Assembly: GCF_000223395.1 (NCBI RefSeq)
Contig: NC_015931.1
Location: 120,001-152,000 of the forward strand
Origin: Pyrolobus fumarii 1A
GTDB taxonomy: Archaea; Thermoproteota; Thermoprotei_A; Sulfolobales; Pyrodictiaceae
DNA: 32,000 bases
Reading direction: 5' to 3'
The notes under the pieces were generated by a model. The model saw only the letters and a program-made list of their open reading frames with translations. It made no database searches and was not told the DNA's origin. The position numbers and the translations under genes are program-made. This document shows, one piece after another, positions 30,948 through 32,000 of the stretch; within the stretch, counting starts at the first letter, position 1; the number at the start of each line of letters is the position of its first letter.

Positions 30948-31691
30948 ATGGAGACTAGGCGTGAATGGCGTCCTCGCGGTAGAAGGCCGCACCGGCATAG
31001 ATGTAGAAAGCCGCCGGAGCGGACAGCCTATGTGTTGGACTTTAGGCCGCCTAACCCCGAAGACAGGCACCGCGAGCATAGAGAGCAGGACTATCTGCAG
31101 CTTGTGGGTGACGAGTACTTTACTCTCATGGAGGCATTGCCTCGTGAGGATGTAGAGATAGCTGTTGGTTCTAGGATCTGGCTTGAGGGCGAGAATAGTA
31201 GTGTGAAGGAGTGTAGCACTGTTCTGATAGACTATGAGGAGTTATCACCTTATGCGAGGACGAAGCTAGAGGAGATAGTACCCGAGATAATAAAGAGGAA
31301 AGAGCGTGTCTTTGTAGAGTTCTTCAACGTTGCCCAGCCTATTAACATACGTTTCCACACACTCGAGCTGCTCCCAGGTATAGGGAAAAAGACTATGATG
31401 AAAATCCTTGACGAGCGTGAACGCGAGCCATTCAAGTCCTTCGAGGATATCAAGAGACGTGTACACATAGACCCTGTCAAGGTGATAACTGAGCGTATTA
31501 TCCGCGAGTTACAGGGCGAGGAGAGATACTATCTATTTGTAAATCCGCCGCCTAAGGCGAGAAAGCGGCGTGACATAGTGGTGCTTAACGTGCTGAAAGT
31601 GTTGTATTCTAGGGTGGGAAGTGGTGAGACCTCCGCTAGCGAGCAAGAGAGCTCTGTTAGAGTGGACGAGGCGAGTACTCAGAGCTCATGA
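30948..31691 (+). CDS. DUF655 / COG1491 predicted RNA-binding protein (OB-like N-domain + helix-hairpin-helix)
   Basis: YVLDF.P...........LQLVGDEYFTL.E, FFN.AQPI..R.H.LELLPGIGKK....IL.ER...PF.SFEDI..R. Confidence 0.8.
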   Translation: METRREWRPRGRRPHRHRCRKPPERTAYVLDFRPPNPEDRHREHREQDYLQLVGDEYFTLMEALPREDVEIAVGSRIWLEGENSSVKECSTVLIDYEELSPYARTKLEEIVPEIIKRKERVFVEFFNVAQPINIRFHTLELLPGIGKKTMMKILDEREREPFKSFEDIKRRVHIDPVKVITERIIRELQGEERYYLFVNPPPKARKRRDIVVLNVLKVLYSRVGSGETSASEQESSVRVDEASTQSS

Positions 31692-32000
31692 GATTAGGCC
31701 GCGACGAAGCTTAGGCCAGAACTTTGTGGTCGACCCAAGACTTGTGCTTGAAATTGCGCGTAACATGCGTGGATGTAACTACGTTGTTGAACCAGGGGCT
31801 GGTCTTGGAGTGGTAACTTCCAGGCTTAGTGATAATGCAGGATACGTTCTTGGAGTCGAGGTTGATGCGCGTTTTATACCGTTGCTCGGGGAAGTAGCAC
31901 GCGAGCATAAGAATATAGACGTTGTGTATGGCGATATACTGGAATTGTTCTTTGAACGTGTGGAGTGTATGGCAGGGAATCTACCCTACTCGATAACAGG
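31621..32000 (+). CDS. ksgA: 16S rRNA (adenine1518/1519-N6)-dimethyltransferase KsgA/Dim1, N-terminal part (runs off window end)
   Basis: My own translation; the ORF is absent from the track because it is open at the edge. From GTG 31621/31624: ...RSLGQNFVVDPRLVLEIA...VVEPGAGLGVVTSRL......VLGVEVDARFIPLL......NIDVVYGDIL......MAGNLPYSIT. It overlaps the DUF655 3' end by about 70 nt. Confidence 0.85.
   Translation, partial: MVRPPLASKRALLEWTRRVLRAHEIRPRRSLGQNFVVDPRLVLEIARNMRGCNYVVEPGAGLGVVTSRLSDNAGYVLGVEVDARFIPLLGEVAREHKNIDVVYGDILELFFERVECMAGNLPYSIT

Overview
This window reads as core chromosome of a hyperthermophilic crenarchaeon. The Desulfurococcales/Pyrodictiaceae flavour is inference from protein signatures such as an Elf1 homolog, archaeal-type SAM synthetase, Trm10, Pus10, TiaS and GGGP synthase. 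By eye the genome is about half G+C, and RNA genes stand out as G+C-rich islands. Coding density is high on both strands, with about 40 protein genes.

I can support three tRNA genes, all with genomically encoded CCA: tRNA-Cys(GCA) with a roughly 31-nt intron, tRNA-Leu(CAG) and tRNA-Asp(GUC). I can also support an RNase P RNA. Gene content is dominated by translation and RNA modification or processing:
- tRNA and rRNA modification: Trm5, Trm10, TiaS, a TrmY-like protein, Pus10, Tsr3 and KsgA.
- Translation, secretion and transcription factors: aIF5A, SRP54, L21e, RpoF, an Sm protein and a Dph6-like protein.
- Lipid genes: a GGR-like reductase and GGGPS.
- Sugar genes: DUF354 and a DegT aminotransferase.

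I see no CRISPR array, cas genes, integrase, transposase, prophage or recognisable defence cassette.

The parts not explained by ordinary annotation are non-coding:
1. A repeat family and a mirror-image duplication surround the HTH-CBS regulator gene and tRNA-Asp (22981-23925), centred on a perfect 11+2+11 palindrome.
2. An orphan 234-nt G+C-rich structured-RNA island lies at 13133-13366. It has K-turn motifs and one H/ACA-like hairpin, and I cannot assign it to SRP RNA or any other known class.
3. There are two candidate C/D box sRNAs, one immediately downstream of tRNA-Cys, plus a stand-alone K-turn hairpin downstream of the SAM synthetase gene.

All protein calls rest on remembered family motifs read from the supplied translations. 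No database search or covariance model was run, so the RNA class assignments in particular are hypotheses.
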